From Xylographa opegraphella (Eukaryota): a stretch of DNA of 20,000 nt. A program made the position numbers and the translations under genes. Positions 1-11,945 of this stretch are shown piece after piece. The stretch is taken from the NCBI GenBank assembly GCA_022813865.1, contig JALDZX010000025.1:302009-322008 (forward strand), in the 5' to 3' direction. Numbering within the stretch: position 1 is the stretch's first letter; each line of letters opens with the position of its first letter. The notes beneath the pieces are model-generated. The model saw only the letters and a list, made by a program, of their open reading frames with translations. It ran no database searches and had not been told where the DNA came from.

Positions 1-3000
1 CGATTATTTAATTTTAAAATAAATTTAAATAATAATAATCGACGAGTTATTAAAAGAAAACGATATATAAAGCCGTTTTCTGTCGTTATTTATGAATATT
101 GCAAAAAATACTCTTTGATATAATAATTATGGCCAGGCACTACGTAATTTTATTTTTATTTTAATAAGTTAAATACAACGTATTTTAAAACTAAAATAAA
201 AAATATTGACGAAAAAGTATATTAATCGCGTTATTAATATTTATTTTATATATTAACAGAGAACGGTAATAAATAAAAAAATCGAAAATGAATTAAAATT
301 ATAAAATTTTTATTTTCGAATAAAAACGATTTTATTCGAGAATTTAGCTCGATACGTATAAATAGAAATTAACAGAGCGAATAAAATTAAAGTTCAAAAA
401 AATAACGTATTTTTGATGATTTTAAGAAATATAAAATATAAATAAAATTTTTTAAAAAAGGAAAGACGTAACGTTTTATTAAAATATTAATCTTGAAACT
501 GCGAAATTAATTTCGAATTAAAAAAGAATCTGTTGAAAGGTACGATGGGTACTGAAGCGCAGTGGTCATTCTAGCAGAATATATGGGTAAACAAGTGTGT
601 TGTATTAGCTATGAACAACTACGAGACTATATGCTCGCGCACTAGCGTCACCGGGCCTACGGCGGCCCGAGCTCTCGCTATCCTGCAGGCAGGCCGGGAC
701 TATTTCTAACAGAATCAACATTTAAATTTATGTATGATATATTAAGAAAGAATTTCGAACCTTCGTAAATATATTAATAACAATTCAAAAGAAAATTTAT
801 ACGAAAATTAAACTTTTTAGCAAACTATTTTATAATATTTATATTTAAAAAAACGAAAGTTTAAAAACTTTATTAATTATCGAAATTTAAACGATATTAT
901 TATTAAAAATCGATATCTACTACTAGAAATTAGCGAAATACGAAATAAATTTATCAAAATAATTTTTTTTACTAAATTTAACCTTAAAAGCGTATATAAT
1001 TTAATTACAACAAAAAACGAAGAATAAAAAACTGCGTTTCCAAATAAATATAAATATTATAAATATTATTTTATATTTTTTAGATTAATTAATATATTAA
1101 CTATTTATTAAGTATTAATTAATAACGTATCAAAGGCGTATTTAGATTTAACGATAATAATTTATTTGAACGATATATTTATATACTGGAAATTAGCAAA
1201 AAAATATATTAAATATATATAAAAAATACTTATATATTTATAGAAATCAAAACTGCTTTTTAAATCAAGAAATATAAATTTAGTAGAAATAAAGTAGCTT
1301 TTTTAAAATTGAGAATTAATAAAAACGAAATTAAAATAAACTTAAAAGAAATACGAACCGTAGTTGAATAGCTTTGATTAATAATAATAATAAGATCTTG
1401 GGATTTCTAGGGTTTATAAATGTTAATAAAAATTTTGTTAAAAATAATTTAAAAAAACTGATACCCCTCACGAATTTAATATATAAAAATATAAATTTTA
1501 AATAAAATTCGAACCAACAGCGAGCCTTTAATATTTCAAAAAAAATTGTATAAAATTATTAATCTTAATAATATCTTAGATAAAAAACCTGTTTAAATAA
1601 AAATTAATATATTAAACTTGGCCATTAAAGTATGTTTATTAAATAAAAAATAGAAATAATATTTCATTGTATATTTTTTTAAAAAGGATATCGCAGACAG
1701 AGCAGAACTACAATATTTATAATAATAATACTTATATAAAATTAAAGAGTATATATTAAGAACTGTTTAAAATTTACGATTTATACGAACTGTAAAAATT
1801 TATTAAAATTTATTATAATAAAAATACTTAATAAAAGATAAGTACGGTAAACTAAGCTTTTAAAACAATATAAATTAAAAATTATTTATACTTTACGGAA
1901 AAATAATAAAAAAGGTTAATACGTTTAATAAAAAAAGATTTTAAAAATAAAGAACTAATAAATAAAGTATCATCAAAATTGAACGATCAAAGCGTATTAA
2001 TTTAGTTCAATAAATCGTAGTCTTGAAAATCAAGACTGTAAAACAATATTTAAAAAACTTATTAGCAGAGGAGTTAATTAAGTATTATTATAATAAATTA
2101 ATAAATAATTATTCAGGAGTTGTTGAAATAATAAAATTTATAGAAAAATATTAAGACTTTTTAAATATAAGAAATACATAAAAATATACATCAAAAAATG
2201 CGTACTATGCCAAAAGGATAAATCAATTAAATATGCGGTATATAAAAATATTTAATTTATAATAATATTAATAATATTATAAAATAAATTTTAATAAATT
2301 TTATTATTAAATTATTAAAGGTCGAGAATTTTGTTATACAACAACTGTATAATTTAATTATAATAATAATAAATAAATTTAGATAAATACTTTATTATAA
2401 TACTTTTTAAAGAAATATATACAGCGAAATAATTAATATTTTTAATATTGAATTAATTAATACGGAATTATAAATCTTTTACAGAAATAATATTAAATAA
2501 AGATAAATTATTTATATTTAATTTCTGGAAAACTTTATTATTTAAATTAAAAATATTAACGATTTAATACTTATGAATTAACGAATAAATTAAACGAATA
2601 AATTGATATTTAAAAATATATTTAAAATATTGTATTAACTGTAAATAAAATAATTAAGTATTATTATTATTATCAAATAATTAGTATTAAACGATAAGCA
2701 ATTTGCAATAATTGATTTAATACCTTTTTTACGAATATGAAATAATATTTAAATATATTTAAAGAATTAAAATCGAGTCTTAATGCCAACAAAGTGATAA
2801 TATTAGCTAAAAATTTAAAAGAGAATATATATCGCTTTTAAAAAAGGATTATTTTAAGGAATTAAAAAATTGAAAAATTGAAACCGAAATTATCAAAAAA
2901 TGAACCTTAGCTAAAAAAAAGAATAAAATATTTTTTTCATAAAGAATTTATTAATTAGTAAAAAGTAAAATAAAAAATTTAATTACGTTAGAATCGAAAT

Positions 3001-3300
3001 ATTTTTAATAAAATAAATTTAAAAATAAATAAATAATTTCTTTAATCTGCCGAGGGACGCAAAATTATATTTAGTATTTTATTTTATTTTATTTTTGCTA
3101 AAATTAGCGGATTTTAGTACTTCTTTACAAATAATTTTCTACTATAATAAAAAAAGGAACAGGAATTCGAAACAAAAAGAATTTTAAATAAATAAAATCA
3201 GAATTATTTAATTAAATAAAGAAAATATTTTGAATCAAATAGTCCATAGAAATTATTTACTAATTTTGGAAACTGCTAGAAATTTTTTTAAAAATTTTAT
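1..3300 (+). mobile_element. RIP-degraded Ty3/Gypsy (chromovirus) LTR-retrotransposon pol relic: RT, RNase H, integrase, chromodomain
   Basis: Canonical motifs are readable in order once C>T/G>A changes are allowed. aaaaatcgatatctacta (~905, KNRYPL); tttactaaatttaaccttaaaagcgtatataat (~968, FTKLDLKSAYN); gaataaaaaactgcgttt (~1022, EWKTAF); tatttgaacgatata (~1163, YLDDI); gagcagaactac (~1700, RNase H EQNY); tgcgtactatgccaaaag (~2199, integrase Zn finger CxxCQK); gaattcgaa...tatttaattaaataa (~3163-3218, chromodomain EFE...YLIKW). Many stops and frameshifts. Boundaries are approximate. Confidence 0.85.
531..711. mobile_element. Solo LTR (181 bp) inserted into the Gypsy pol relic
   Basis: Ends TGTTGAAA...TTTCTAACA with an exact 5-bp TSD GAATC (526-530, 712-716). 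It is a GC-balanced islet in AT-rich DNA, and pol homology continues across it. Confidence 0.88.
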
Positions 3301-6290
3301 TAAATAAATTTAAAACGTCGAGAGAAAGGGATTCGAAAGAATTTAAAAATAAAACTTCGAAAAAATCGTTTATTAAATCTGCGACCTTCTTGCGCTCGAT
3401 TTTTTTAAATTTTAATATTAAATATTTTTTAATAAATATTTTTTAAAAAATTTATTTTATAGCAGCCAGCTCCTTCTCGAGTTTAATTAAAAAAGATTTT
3501 TTCATTAATTTATTCACGACGAAAAATAATTATATAACAACGTTAATTCTTTAATTTTTTTAATAAAGATTTTTTTAATCTTTATTCGGGCTCGATTTGT
3601 ATTCGTAAAAATTAATAAGTAAAACGATTTCAATTTAATATAATTTACGTAATAATTTAAAGTAGTAAATACTTGGCAAGTAAAATCATTTTTTATATAT
3701 TTATCGCAAAAATGTATTGCGAATTTTTATATATATAAATAACCTCGACCTGTCCCTTTTTTTACTGTAATTTAATATTTTACTTTTAAATATTATTAAA
3801 AAAGGGGTTTAAAAATAAAAAAGTTAAAAAAAGAATTAATATTAAGATTTTTACTTTTATAAAATAAATTAAAAACGTTAAAGGGTTAATATTCGATAAA
3901 AAAACTACTCGACTTTAATACCCCTCGTGATCTTTTAATATTGTTATAGAAAATATTTAAAGGCATAAAAAGGTATTTTAAACAGAATTTTTATGTAAAA
4001 TAAAAAAATTATTTATTATAAAAGGCGTATTTAATTTATATTATAATTTAGCTTATAGAATAAGAAATTTTAATATAATTTTGTACGAAAATTATTATTT
4101 CTTTAAAAATGATAAATTTATTACTATGCCTTTTTATTTATTCATTAATAAATTTAACCCAGGTTTTTAATCGAGCTGTACCAGTGAGATTCAGGATCGT
4201 TACAGCGAAGCGCGAGTAAAAAATATAACTACGATAAAAAATGGTGACAAAGCGTAATAAAACGTAAAATTTTTATTCTTTATAATACGAATATTTTAAC
4301 ATAAAGTTTTAAACACGCGTAATAAACTTCGTTTGTATATAAAAAAACAGCATAGAAATATTTCAATTTAAAATTTTATAAACGCTTTGCTAAGTAACGC
4401 TAAAGTTACGTAGAATAATCGATTAAAATTTCGCGAAATAACTAATCGTAAAGGGTTATAAATATTCAAAACGTAAAGAATTATTTACTTTAATAATCGT
4501 TTAGCGTAATTTAAGGAAAGCGTAACTTTCATTTTAATATTAACTTTTAAAAAACTTTTAATATTAAATTCTGATTTCGCTCAGGCGCGTAGTAGGCGTA
4601 AACCCTGCGAAACGATCAGTTATAAAAAATTATATTAATCTAAAACGTACGAAATTGTTTGTTTTGAAAATGGTTCAACGTAATCGAGAAAAAAACGCGT
4701 TTTTATTTTAATATCGAATTTTAAAGTCTTATTTTATACTAACGTAAAGGGTTTAGAAAAATTAAAATTAAATAAATAATTAATAGCGTATTAATTACGA
4801 CTCGAATATAATTTTACGGCGTATATTTTATTATAATTATAATCAAATTTCGAACGATCATCGAAAATAATAAAAATCAATTCTTAAAGCCTAAGTTTTT
4901 TTTAATAAAAATATAATAAACGTAAAATTATTAAATTATTAAAAACGGCCGTTGTAAAGCGAGTAGAAAATCAGAAGGAAAAGGGTAATTATAACGTTAC
5001 GATATTTATTAACTATACGCAGGTCGAACGCGTAAATAGCGTAAAAAAATATATAATTTTATATTTTTGTTAAATAAGTTTTACGTTTATATATATAAAC
5101 ACTAATAAATTAATTTCGTATAAACCCTTTTAAAATTTACATCGAAGTAAAAATAATCAGTTAATTAATACGAATAATACAGATTAAAAACCCTTATTAC
5201 GATATTTTTTTATTATAATTCAATATTTAATTTGAATAAAATTGAAAGCCTTTTTATAAATATCGTTAATAAAGAAAATATAATATATATATTATATGAA
5301 TACATTATATATACTTTAGTTTAACGTTAATTTAAACATTGATTATAGTATTGTTATAATCGTTTTTCATAGCGTTTACATTTTATAAATTAATATCGAT
5401 TTTTAATTTATATAAATATATATTTTTAACGAAAAATTCGAATTATTAATAAAATAAAACTTATAATTACTTGCGTTGTATAATTTTATAAAGTTAAAAT
5501 TACGCCTTGATTATTATATTATTAATATGTTTACGTTTTTAATTAATAAATTATTGAACAATAATTTTTAAATTGCGTATTCGTTTTTGCGTATTATTCT
5601 CATATTAAAATATTTATAAATTTAAATATATATTTATTAAAAATCAGTAAAATTAAATTTTATTCAATTATTCAAATCGTTATTTCATGAGCAAAAATAT
5701 CTTGCTGAAAATTTAAAATTTTACGGGTCGTTTATATAGCGCGGAAATAATTTTTTTTTACGCATTTAATAATATTTTAAATATTCAGCACGTTTAATAA
5801 ATATTTTTATTTTTAATATTTTTGATAAATATTAAAATACGTTTAAAATACGTTTCAAATTTTTTTAAAATATAATTAAAAATAAAATAAATTATAAAGT
5901 TTTAAATTAACTAGTATTACTCGTTAATATTCGTTAACGCTTTTACTTTATAAATATTTAATTTAAAAATTTTAACGAATTTGAATTTTTTACGTAAAAT
6001 TAATTTAATTACATATTTATATTATTTATATAAATTTCAATGGAAGGCCTGCTTAAATTTTTTTAAAAAACATTCGATTTTTTTTCGTTTCATCAATTTT
6101 TATTTATTTTTTAATAATTTTCAAATATATTTTTTAACCGAATTAATTATTTAAATTTTTTATATCTTTTAATTTAATAAGAATTTTGTTAAACGTGTCG
6201 AATATATTAAAAGCGTCAAATGCGTAAAAAACATGCAAAAAATATATAAAAATTAAAAATCATGTGCTAAATCTGCTGACTTGCTAAATA
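3301..6290. repeat. AT-rich RIP-degraded repeat DNA, family not identified
   Basis: Extreme AT content, surviving C/G mostly in CpG, no credible ORF. Part of it (~5020-5157) has a homologous copy at ~12433-12570. Confidence 0.65.
5020..5157 (+). repeat. Dispersed repeat, copy 1 (direct copy at ~12433-12570)
   Basis: tcgaacgcgtaaatagcgt...tttatatatataaacactaataaattaatttcgtataa...aaaatttacatcgaagtaaaaataat aligns collinearly with tcgaacgtataaatagcgt...tttatatatataagcactgataaatcaatttcgtataa...aaaatttacatcgaaataaagataat. Differences are mostly transitions. Confidence 0.75.
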
Positions 6291-6339
6291 AGCAAAAAGT
6301 ATACTTTTTGATCGAATCTTCGTTTTTCCTTTTTGCTAA

Positions 6340-7240
6340 TGTCGTTTGTGTCAAGCGATTCATTTTTTACAATTTATTCACTTTTGTATTCCCGACCATT
6401 TTAGTAAATCGTTCTCCGTTGTGTGGGCTTTAATCATTATCTTCAAAAATCTTTATCTCGCGGTGCTACATGTTGTTTTCCGCCTTATGATATATTGCCA
6501 TAGTAATGATTTGAGACTTCACTATCCCCGGCTACTGTGTTGCCGCAGGCACTCTGTAAATCACTGTTGCAGCAGTCATCCCCCTTTTCATCTTTTCGTT
6601 GCTGTTATTACCTTCGTCCTTGATTTGGCGATGGATGAGGTCTGCGAAAAAACCTCGGGGTCTCCCATGTGTTGCAATCCGTATAGTGTGTGCCTTTCTG
6701 GTCCCGACTGACGCAAATGTGGACTGCAAAGCTAATAATCACCAGCGCTCGAATTACGAGTATTCTGCATCTTATTTACAGCAACAGGGAGTATGTTAGC
6801 GGCAATGCAATGTTCGGTATGGCGCAACTGGCATTTGCCATGCACGTGGCCTCAACCTCGTCAACTGCTCCCATCTAATCTGGCGGACAAACTCCAGTGG
6901 TGGCGAAATGGCTAGTGCGGTTCTTTGTACAAGCTTTCTTATCGTCTCCCGATTCTTTCGCACCGTAGCCGCCAGAATTGCTATACCGTAACCTATGTCC
7001 GAAGCAACCACCAGTCTTCGTGCTCTTCCACCCACTCGTGCGCAGAAGAAGAGCAAAGCTCCACAGACCTTTCGGTCACGGTTTTTAGAATCCGAGCCAA
7101 AAATTCTCGAACTCAACTATCCAGGTCTCGAAACCCGAGATCTCAAACTGGCTCTCATAATTTCGATGGAGGAGGATCTGAAGCTGGGGGCGGCGTCTAC
7201 TGCGAAAGACCTGAAGTACCACGAAGGGACTTTCGGATAA
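6340..7240 (+). pseudogene. 5'-truncated pseudogene of a PTH11-like (fungal rhodopsin-domain) integral membrane protein
   Basis: Pieces across frames follow the PTH11-like TM pattern: LQFIHFCIP...VVWALIII...YC; IPGYC; LLLLPSSLIWRW..KKPRGL; LIITSARITSI; GEMASAVLCTSFLIVSRFF; then a hydrophilic tail ending at 7240. Probable introns at ~6686-6731 and ~6842-6897 (CTAAT branch point, CCAG acceptor, non-GT donor GCACGT). Lesions: in-frame TAA at 6557-6559 and 6989-6991, a frameshift near 6500-6520, and no N-terminus. Family call is from motif recall only. Confidence 0.62.
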
Positions 7241-7587
7241 GGACAAGGAAAATTGAGAGACAAGGTGGTGTAGCGAATGGCAAATCTATGAGGACATATA
7301 TATCGAAGGTATTTGATTGAATTGAGAATGAATGAAATATGTAAGTTGTTCTGTTCTGAGTTGCGAGTATCAGGGAAGAGCTAGGGATAGCTAAAGGTGC
7401 AGTTTTTATTTGAATACTTCCGTCGATTCGCGAAAAATTGATATCTGAAACTGCTACGGGCAGGGCCGAGAGGCAGAACACCCTCCGAAGGGCTCCTGCA
7501 CCTTTTGCGGTCCTTAAGGATTGCTGCCTAATCAGGAAGTTCTCCATGTACACAGTCAGAGCTTGCAGATCTGAAAACCCTTATCTG

Positions 7588-10500
7588 TCATCCATCATAC
7601 AAGCCCACTGGTTTGCTGCTCATTGTATCAACACCCTTTGGTGATTTCTTGTTCCTTTTCTTCTTCCGCTTGATGACGTCCTCTTCGTTCGTTATGTTCT
7701 CAACACCCACCCTAGGACTTCGTTCACCTATTGCGTCTTTCGTAGTAGCTCCCACAATGGACTTTCTTTTCTTCTTCATCTTCTTTTTGACTAACGTGCC
7801 ATCTGCAGGAATATCTTCCGCCACCTGTGTCCGCTCAGCTGCTCTCTGCATCTCCATTCGTAACCGGTCAACCTCCACCATGGCTTTGGACATCTCGATT
7901 TCTTCGAGTTCCTGCGTGTCGTGGTCTAAGTCGCTATCATTCGTATGACCTGAGACATCATTGAGCTGAAGATCTCGGATGCCACTTGAATCCACCTCTA
8001 ACAAAGATCTCTTGGATTTTTCTCGACGGTTGCCGTTGACAGAGCTTTCGGTAGTACCAACTACTTTTATTGCGTTTATATCCATATCAGCTCCATCGTA
8101 CTCAATGTTCTCATCAGCTGCAATGTGCACCTTCTGCGTGGATTTGCGCTTCGGTTGTTTCGCGTCGCCATCAAAGCTATAGGTGTTGATGCTCTTATTT
8201 CCGAAATCAAGATTCATGATCGGTATTGAGTCAATGTCCATTTCCAGTCCATTGTTTGACTTCAGTATACTCTGCGTCGGTGGGGCAGTTCCCGAAGAAC
8301 GTTGGTCTGTATTGGGAATGTAGAAGGGATCGTCCTTGTTTCTTGCGTGTTTCTTCGTACGCCTCAATGCGATGATCTGGGGGTCAAGCATGTTTTCCGC
8401 ATTTTGTTTGTACGAGGCCAATTTTTCTACCGGACTTTTAAGTTCCTCAACATCCTGTTCTAGCATCCCTTGTGTGGATACTCTGTGGTAATAGAACTGC
8501 TCGGTCTCAAAAGAATCTTTGTCCATGAGAACATCTTCCTCCGCACGCATAAGAACTTCCGTGAGTTTGTGACCTATAGGCATTGCGAGGTCGATATTAT
8601 TAGGTAACGGCACTTTCCGTTGCGCTGTAGCTGCCACCGGATTCAAGACTAATTCTTTGAAGAGAGATGGCAGTCCATGTGTCAGCAACCTAGGGCCAAC
8701 TTCATGCTGAATTCCATGATTTATGACCGCCTCCGCTACGAGTCGCATAAGTTCAAGGAACTGAACCGAACGTTCTTGAGCTTCGAGACTGGGATGTGTC
8801 GCAAGAGGCTCAAGGAATTGAACGATTCGAGACAATAGCAATGAGCAGATGGTCTGCCATTCCTGACTCCATTGCGTTGCCTCAGACGTCAAAGATGCAA
8901 GAATCTTCCCGATGGCATGGATGTAGGCACAAATGATCTGGGAATTGAAGCTCTGTACCGTGGGAAGCAACAGATGATTCACGGTGTCTTGACGATTGGA
9001 AAGACTGTCTGCGTATTCACCAGCAATCCATGCAGCATAAGCCAGCACCGCCATTCCGTCGAGGCCGGTTTCTATCTCGGATATTTGCTTCCTTTTGTTC
9101 CCTAAGAGCACGTCTGCGGCTCTCACTACCTCCGCTCGTACTGAATCTACTCTAACTGCAACGTTCTGCAGCTCAGTACCGATTACAGCAGAGATTTCTA
9201 AGTCGCTTTCGGCAGAGGGTTTCATGTGTTCCAGTGGCGACACCAAAGGTCTGGTGCTTTGTGGTACTAAGCGGACAAGCTCCACTAGCACATCGATGTA
9301 CCACTCGAAATCTGTGATGTTCTTGTATGTATTGCGCGAGCATATTGTTAAAATTTGCCGAATGATAGTTTCTCGGTATTCATCTGGCATGAGCGTACTA
9401 GCCTCGTGACTTAGCTTGGAGGAGCGAAGCATCTGCTCCGAGTCTTCACCGTCTGAGTCTGCAGCAGGTTCCACCACATCAGCAGCGGTTCTGTCATGGT
9501 ATATAATGGCCGTGCTGCGTTGGGAGCTTGCCTCACGCAGCTGGCGCATCAAACGATCGACCACGGCGGTCAGATTTTCTCCGTTAATCATACCAGAGCC
9601 AAGATCTAGTGCTTGTAGTCGTATTGAAATGTCTGGATCGTCTATACAGTCCATAATGACGTCCTGGTGCACGGATACTAGGTACGGATGGGAAGCAACA
9701 ATTTTGTTAAACGCAAGAAGGGCAACGTATTTTACTGTGGCTGATTAGAGCTGGAAAGACATTACTCTGAGTCAATTTACAGTTAGGGTCTCCCTCCACA
9801 GCTATCATCCCTCGAAGCTTCCCCACACAGAGCTCCGCTACTTCATCACCCTCGGGGACGCCCTCGGTACCTTCGAGAATTCCACCTTGGATGATACCGT
9901 TGACACATTCATAGAGCAATGACATTGCAGGTGTAGTGCGGATGAGTGTGATAAGCGGAGGTAAAAGTTTCTTGATCAGACGTGGTTCTAAAGGAGTCAA
10001 AACGGCAAACTAAAACCCGTTAGCAACGTATACACACATGGAAGGCCAGATCTCACGAGCTTAACGATTTTTATTGCCATCCAGTTGTTTCCTCCATCCA
10101 CCAGTAGATTGAAAAGGCGAGGAGCAAGAGGCAAGAAGTCTTGGGGTCGTCGCCAGCCTAGTTCGCATATGACATTGATGATTGCAGCAGTCACACTGGA
10201 ATCCTCATCTATGTCCATTAACATGTCCTTAATCTTCGGCCATGCAGGTCGCAGTGTTTCAGGATAGACAAGTGCAAGGCGATATAAGGTGACGAGTGTT
10301 TTCTTACGAATATTGGGGCTCGAATGAGACAGACGCGGCATCAAATCTGTTAACAAAGATAGTGCAATCGAAGGCGTAATGATATGGGGTAGCGTAATGA
10401 GTGGTAAAGATATTGTTGGCAGGGAAGCAGACGAAATATCCTTCGGACATTGTTAGCCTGAGACTTGCTGATGTTTTAGCACTCCCCCACCTTTTTCAGC

Positions 10501-10910
10501 AAATTCGTTGCAAGCATCAATACTTCAGTATCAGGCCGAAAGCTTTGGACGGCTCCTAGATATCCGACACGCTTCTGCAGGTACTTAGGCGAAGACATAA
10601 CCTCGAGCACGTTGAACGAAGCCCACGACATATCATGACCGAACATCTCCAAGTATACGAGTTTCAGCAGGGCCGTTGATTTCACATCTACCACATTTCA
10701 GGCAAAGTCTTCAATGTCGAGAATTCAGAACATACCCATGTCGGGACCTCGAATCTCGGTTCGACATTCTCGGAGACTGTGGAGTATGTACTCTCGCTCG
10801 TTTCCTTTGTGGTTGCGAAGACCCCGGATAAGGTCGAACAATGACTTCTCAAACCTAGTATACTGTCAAAATATAGCACGGCACCAAAGGTTCGAGCTCC
10901 TTCCTTACAT
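7588..10910 (-). CDS. APL5: AP-3 adaptor complex subunit delta (delta-adaptin), 6 exons, ~1025 aa
   Basis: Exons (minus strand): 10910-10909, 10854-10736, 10687-10491, 10440-10057, 10009-9781, 9734-7588. All five introns are GT-AG, 46-54 nt, with consistent phases. The spliced protein starts MFEKSLFDLIRGLRNHKGNEREYI and contains LEMFGHDMSWASFNVLEVMSSPKYLQKRVGYL, GGNNWMAIKIVKLF, EGDPNLKYVAL and LNPVAATAQRKVPLP, all characteristic of delta-adaptin. Confidence 0.95.
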
Positions 10911-11294
10911 GACAAGGATGTTTCTAGACAATCAACGAGATTCTTGCTGTAATTCCTTTGATAGATGCCACAATGGTCTATCTCGTCATGATATTCGGCA
11001 GAAAATCAAGCGTTTCAAGGGGTAGTTCGCACCATTGAGACACAGATGCTTAATGCAATGCATACAAATACAATTAAAATCGTGGGCCAACGTAGACCAG
11101 AATGATTGACTTGCAAGGAACTGAACGACTTGCCGAGTAGTGTGTCATAAATTGCAGTGGTAGGCATTTTCTTCCCAAGCTTGCCACAGAAATACCGTCA
11201 TGTGAACGCTCGAGCTTAGTGAGATTGTCCAGATAATCGGGGGAAGCACTTGGTTTGTGCTATCTGAAGTGAAGCTGTTAGCGTCGGTTCATAC

Positions 11295-11343
11295 AAGTAG
11301 ACTCCGCAACCGGGTAACGGGCCACACCCTAGAAGCGGGCCAC
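11295..11343 (+). mobile_element. pogo/Fot1-family TIR-like sequence, copy A
   Basis: aagTAgactccgcaaccgggtaaCGGGCCACaccctagaagCGGGCCAC. It has a TA near the start and an internal direct repeat, the layout of Fot1/Tan1/Vader-type TIRs (recalled, not searched). 40/49 ungapped identity to 16420-16468. Confidence 0.65.
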
Positions 11344-11404
11344 CTGGATCGTGGTTCCCCCAGCAAAATCTACGGTTTTTGAAAAATAAATAAAATTTAA
11401 ATTA

Positions 11405-11945
11405 CCAGGTGATCCAGCGTGAGGGGACCTCTCGCTCAATATGCAGCCTTACGGAAGCTAAACCTAAAGAGAGAATATTATATTAATTTCGATACGGAAA
11501 TACTGCTTTACTAATAATCGAAGTTAAATTTAAACCCTTTCATTTTTGAAATAATTAAATTATAATAATAATAATTTATTGCAGCGTAACTGGGTTAAGG
11601 ATGAAAGGGTTTAAATTTGTTACGGCTCATCAACTCACCACACAAGCACGCCTAGAACGTAAGCTTTAGGTGGACGATTTCAACCCCGATTAAGATGGAG
11701 AAGCGGTGAGGCTGCTCCATGGGCGAGACTATATACTAAAGGTGCTAGTCCTGATCCAGCCCGACCCCTATTACTTGTGACTGATGTCATAATCGTCACA
11801 AAATTCAACTTTAATTGCTAGTTAAATAGTATTTTTATATCGAAATCAGTATAATATTCCCTTTTCAAATTCAATTTCCCCTGGGCCTTGATTTTCCACA
11901 ACGCTGCATATTAAGCGAAAGATCTCCTCACGCTGAATTATTTGG
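11405..11945. mobile_element. Foldback MITE (Tc1/mariner-type TA TSD), ~353 bp net of a nested solo LTR
   Basis: Terminal inverted repeats 11405-11447 and 11903-11945 match at 35/43, and all 8 mismatches are C>T/G>A in the right copy. Flanked by TA (11403-11404, 11946-11947). Inverted homology extends inward: ~11465-11550 pairs with ~11595-11617 plus 11806-11870. Confidence 0.85.
11618..11800. mobile_element. Solo LTR (183 bp) nested in the right arm of the MITE
   Basis: Ends TGTTACG...CGTCACA with an exact 5-bp TSD AAATT (11613-11617, 11801-11805). Removing it restores the MITE arm symmetry. Confidence 0.9.

Noticed and set aside
3800..5195. Scattered AAGGGTT/AACCCT motifs as telomeric repeats
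   Set aside because: They are isolated, not tandem TTAGGG, and are explained by G/C runs surviving mutation.
6876..6878. TAA ending the 6690-6878 ORF as a pseudogene lesion
   Set aside because: It falls in the CTAAT branch point of a probable intron (~6842-6897), so it is not counted as a premature stop.
7613..10267. Plus-strand ORFs (7613, 7979, 8872, 9095, 9416, 10085) overlapping APL5
   Set aside because: Antisense shadows of the real minus-strand gene, with no recognisable protein features.
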